Below, piece after piece: positions 63,769-64,000 of a DNA stretch of 64,000 nt (within the stretch, counting starts at the first letter, position 1; each line of letters starts with the position of its first letter). Where the stretch lies: the IMG/VR virus record IMGVR_UViG_3300033273_000208, positions 1 through 64,000 of that record. The stretch is one strand, 5' to 3'. The translations under genes and the position numbers were made by a program. The DNA comes from a virus. A model generated the notes under the pieces. That model had not been told where the DNA came from, made no database searches, and worked only from the letters and a program-made list of their open reading frames with translations.

Positions 63769-64000
63769 ATGGCAAATAGAATCCAACTAAGACGTGACGG
63801 TGCTCAGCAGTGGGCAAACGTCAACCCAATCCTCGCTCAGGGTGAACTCGGAATCGAGATCGACACTTCGCGTATTAAGATTGGTGATGGTGTTACACCC
63901 TGGAACTCGTTGAAATATGAGCGACCAATCGAGACTGAATCGAACACTGCAAATACGCTCGTCAAGCGTGATGCTGACGGTAACTTCTCTGCAGGTGCGA
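63769..64000 (+). CDS. Tail fibre protein, N-terminus (truncated by window)
   Basis: MANRIQLRRD...W...NPILAQGELGIE.DT...KIGDG.T.WNSL.Y fibre N-terminal domain. Confidence 0.85.
   Translation, partial: MANRIQLRRDGAQQWANVNPILAQGELGIEIDTSRIKIGDGVTPWNSLKYERPIETESNTANTLVKRDADGNFSAGA

Noticed and set aside
63769-64000. Mtd-like fibre N-terminus suggesting a diversity-generating retroelement
   Set aside because: No reverse transcriptase or template/variable repeat pair seen in the window; this N-terminal domain is common in fibres.
1-64000. tRNA/rRNA genes, introns, inteins, stop-codon recoding
   Set aside because: None recognised by eye; long genes are uninterrupted in the standard code and use ordinary stops. 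No covariance search was run.

Overview
A 64 kb, almost entirely plus-strand segment of a T4-like marine cyanophage (cyanomyovirus) genome, with three zones. (1) 1-8.3 kb: an auxiliary 'modification' island with a flavin-dependent tryptophan-halogenase homolog, 2OG-Fe(II)/cupin oxygenases, two DUF6065-like paralogs and a CpcS/CpeS-family bilin lyase. (2) 8.3-19.4 kb: an early, hypervariable region of promoter-led cassettes (SF2 helicase, lysozyme, EcoRI-like endonuclease, many small acidic or membrane ORFs), ending in a mostly non-coding junction with clustered TTTTCCACA DnaA-type boxes. (3) 19.4-64 kb: a late baseplate/tail module (PAAR-like, gp25, gp6, a 7,523-aa gp7-like protein, YHYH protein, gp9/10-like fibre, gp8, VrlC/DUF4815-like, start of a tail fibre). 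Three observations stand out. (a) The giant baseplate protein carries about 8 phycobiliprotein-like domains that keep the bilin-attachment Cys motifs, in a genome that also encodes an S-type bilin lyase; this suggests a chromophorylated, possibly light-responsive virion. (b) AATT appears absent from the whole window, while the phage encodes a stand-alone EcoRI-like nuclease with the AATT-reading GNAIER motif. (c) Domains in gp7 appear inserted inside one another in nested fashion. All family assignments come from motif recognition by eye; no database searches were run.
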